From positions 1 to 52,543 of the forward strand of contig JBNGIO010005481.1 of assembly GCA_049999805.1 (NCBI GenBank): DNA of 52,543 bases, written 5' to 3'. The DNA is from Folioceros fuciformis. Taxonomy: Eukaryota. Position 1 is the stretch's first letter, and every line of letters starts with the position of its first letter. The position numbers and the translations under genes were made by a program. Positions 50,527 to 52,543 of this stretch are shown here, in pieces. Below the pieces are notes generated by a model. It saw nothing but the letters and a program-made list of their open reading frames with translations, searched no databases and was not told the DNA's origin.

Positions 50527-52543
50527 ATGGAGATTGTGGTGAAAGATGTTGCATCTATCCCTCCTCTTCCCATGATCATATTCAATTGCTGCAAACAAGG
50601 TAGAATTATTCTACCTAAATCTCATTCAAACCAAGGATGATCCCGGGTTTAAGTAAAGCAAGGTGTTTGATGCTAGCCTAGGTGCTTCTTTGTTCTATGG
50701 TTCTTTCAGAAACACACACACCCACACAAGGGTTTAAGCACTTGATTAGACGATTGCGAGGCTCATTTCGTGTTTCTTCGTAAGTAAGCAAGCAAACAAG
50801 CTATTATAATATCACCATATCTAAGCCCATGCTCTAACATCCTGTTTTCTAGTCTCCTCTATTGTATATCTTGATTGTACTGCACCCCTTCTTTCCTTTT
50901 GCAGACCACATGAAATTGCACAAAGTTTAAGCCGAGTCACTGAAAAGTACCAAGACTTTCAATGCCATTGATTGTAGGAATAAGGAGGAAATTTCTCTCG
51001 ACATCTTAAGGGAGGGTGATGTTGTAGTACTTGGTTGTCCCAAGGAAAAGTTCACCAAAACTGAGGTACTTCCTACTTCAAAGCTCTGACTATTTGCCAA
51101 TATTAAGCACTGGGTGGGTTTGAACCAAATGGAGGAGGACAATTAGATTTGAACAACCCATGAATTTTGTGATGTTTTGGCAAGCAGAGAGAAGTAATTC
51201 AAAACTACGTTGCTGAAGGTGGATGCCTTCTGATACTGGGATCAGAAGCTAAGGATGTTCCAGAACATTGCAATATCAATGATCTTATCCATGGATATGG
51301 GATTAGCATTAATCGAGATTGTGTCGTAAGCTAAGCTATCTTGTCAAAAAATTAAAAGAATGATATGTTCTAAGAGAAATGACAGATTTCAAGGTATTCT
51401 TGCTTTCTTTTAATTTCATATATTCTATTTTAAAATACATATATTTATATGCTACAACAGCTCAAAACGATTCAAGAAAAATACTTTCATCCAAAGGAGG
51501 CATTGATTGGGGATGGCATACTTGCCAGACACGTTAAACACGTAAAAGAATCTTTCCATTTGTCTAAATAGATAAGATAATGCATAAATTATGTAAAAGA
51601 ATCTTTCTTGCTTTCATTGTTCTCAATGGATGATTTGGTGTTTCCACAGTTTGCAGTTACAGAAACAACAGACGCTGAAGAAACATGTAAAAGAGAAACC
51701 CACAAGTTACTATTTCAACCTATCCTATCTTTTCCCTTTTGATTTCAACTCTAATCGTAACATTAAAAAACAAAATGGGGATTGAACCAGGTCATATAGT
51801 TTACATGATGAAGCTCTTGAGAATTCAAAAGAGACCAAGTTTCATATCTTGTATTCTCATGGAGCAACTTTAGCAGTTCAGAAACCCGCAGTCACAATTC
51901 TTTCTTCTGGCGTGCTCACTTATCCCACACATCGACCCATAGGTATCGAAGTGTTCAAAAGTAGACGAAGAACTTTATAAGTACAAATTAAGATCATAGT
52001 ATAATCAGATGGCCCACTTTGGAATTCAGGAGCAATCTGGCAGAGTGCAAAGGGAAAGGGAAGGATAGCTGTGATTGGAAGTGTATCAATGTTCGAAGAT
52101 GTTTGGCTTGACAAAGAAAACAATGGAAGATTTTTCGATGTGTTGCTTTCATGGCTTGTGAAGCAGAACACCATTGAGGTTCTTGGGAAAGCATTCATTC
52201 ATTCATTCATTCATTCATTCATTCATTCATTCATTCATTTCTCTAATCAAACCTAAAACCTTAATCACATCTTTTGTTAACAACATACTTGACATGTCTC
52301 ATGCATTTAGTTTGGGAGCATTGTTGGAGAAGAAATAGAAACATACGAGGTGGAATATGTTCCAAACATAGAAGCTCTTTCAAATAGTCTTCGATGTTGT
52401 TTACAGGTACAAGCAAAGCACTTGAAGGACATGGATTGGCTAATTAAATTGTAATGCTTCGCTAATTAAACTTGAGGGCTTGAAGCTTTGCTAATTTAAT
52501 CTTGCCTCATCTAAGAGAGTGGGTTATCTTCACATGTTGGGAT
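50527..52543 (+). CDS. IFT52: Intraflagellar transport protein 52 (IFT-B), 3' truncated by the window
   Basis: Spliced IIFNCCKQETHTPTQGFKHLIRRLR; GCPKEKFT; NINDLIHGYGISINRDCV; KYFHPKEALIGDGIL; YSHGATLAVQKPAVTILSSG..TYPTHRPIG; GRIAVIGSVSMFEDVWLDKENN. Confidence 0.9.
52192..52239. repeat. (CATT)12 microsatellite in an IFT52 intron
   Basis: Perfect tetranucleotide repeat. Confidence 0.95.

Overview
Gene-dense eukaryotic nuclear DNA from a seed-free land plant. Short (~80-110 nt) introns, sperm-flagellum genes (IFT52, ZMYND12) and a microbial-type terpene synthase point to a hornwort-like genome; that assignment is inference. I support 16 protein-coding genes by manual splicing: KOC1-like (3' part), SNRNP25, a PTS2-bearing aspartate aminotransferase, a PH/coiled-coil protein, a STUbL2-like FHA-BRCT-RING-PHD ligase, an Agenet-PHD protein, CBSX6-like, an At5g08060-like protein, ESF1, an intronless trichodiene-synthase-like MTPSL, an EF-hand protein, a BCM-like CAAX/Abi protein, a GT2, RPL19, ZMYND12 and an AFG1-like ATPase, plus IFT52, which runs off the right edge (17 in total). 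There are five N gaps, at least two of them artefactual overlaps. Highlights: the fungal-type terpene synthase sits in a repeat-flanked interval; a head-to-head pair of SIM-bearing chromatin proteins has unusual architectures (an added FHA domain and PIP-like tail; a cryptic AP2-like domain); there is a clear U12-type intron, a GC-AG intron, and an interstitial (TTAGG)n array. All homology calls come from recalled family motifs, not from database searches.
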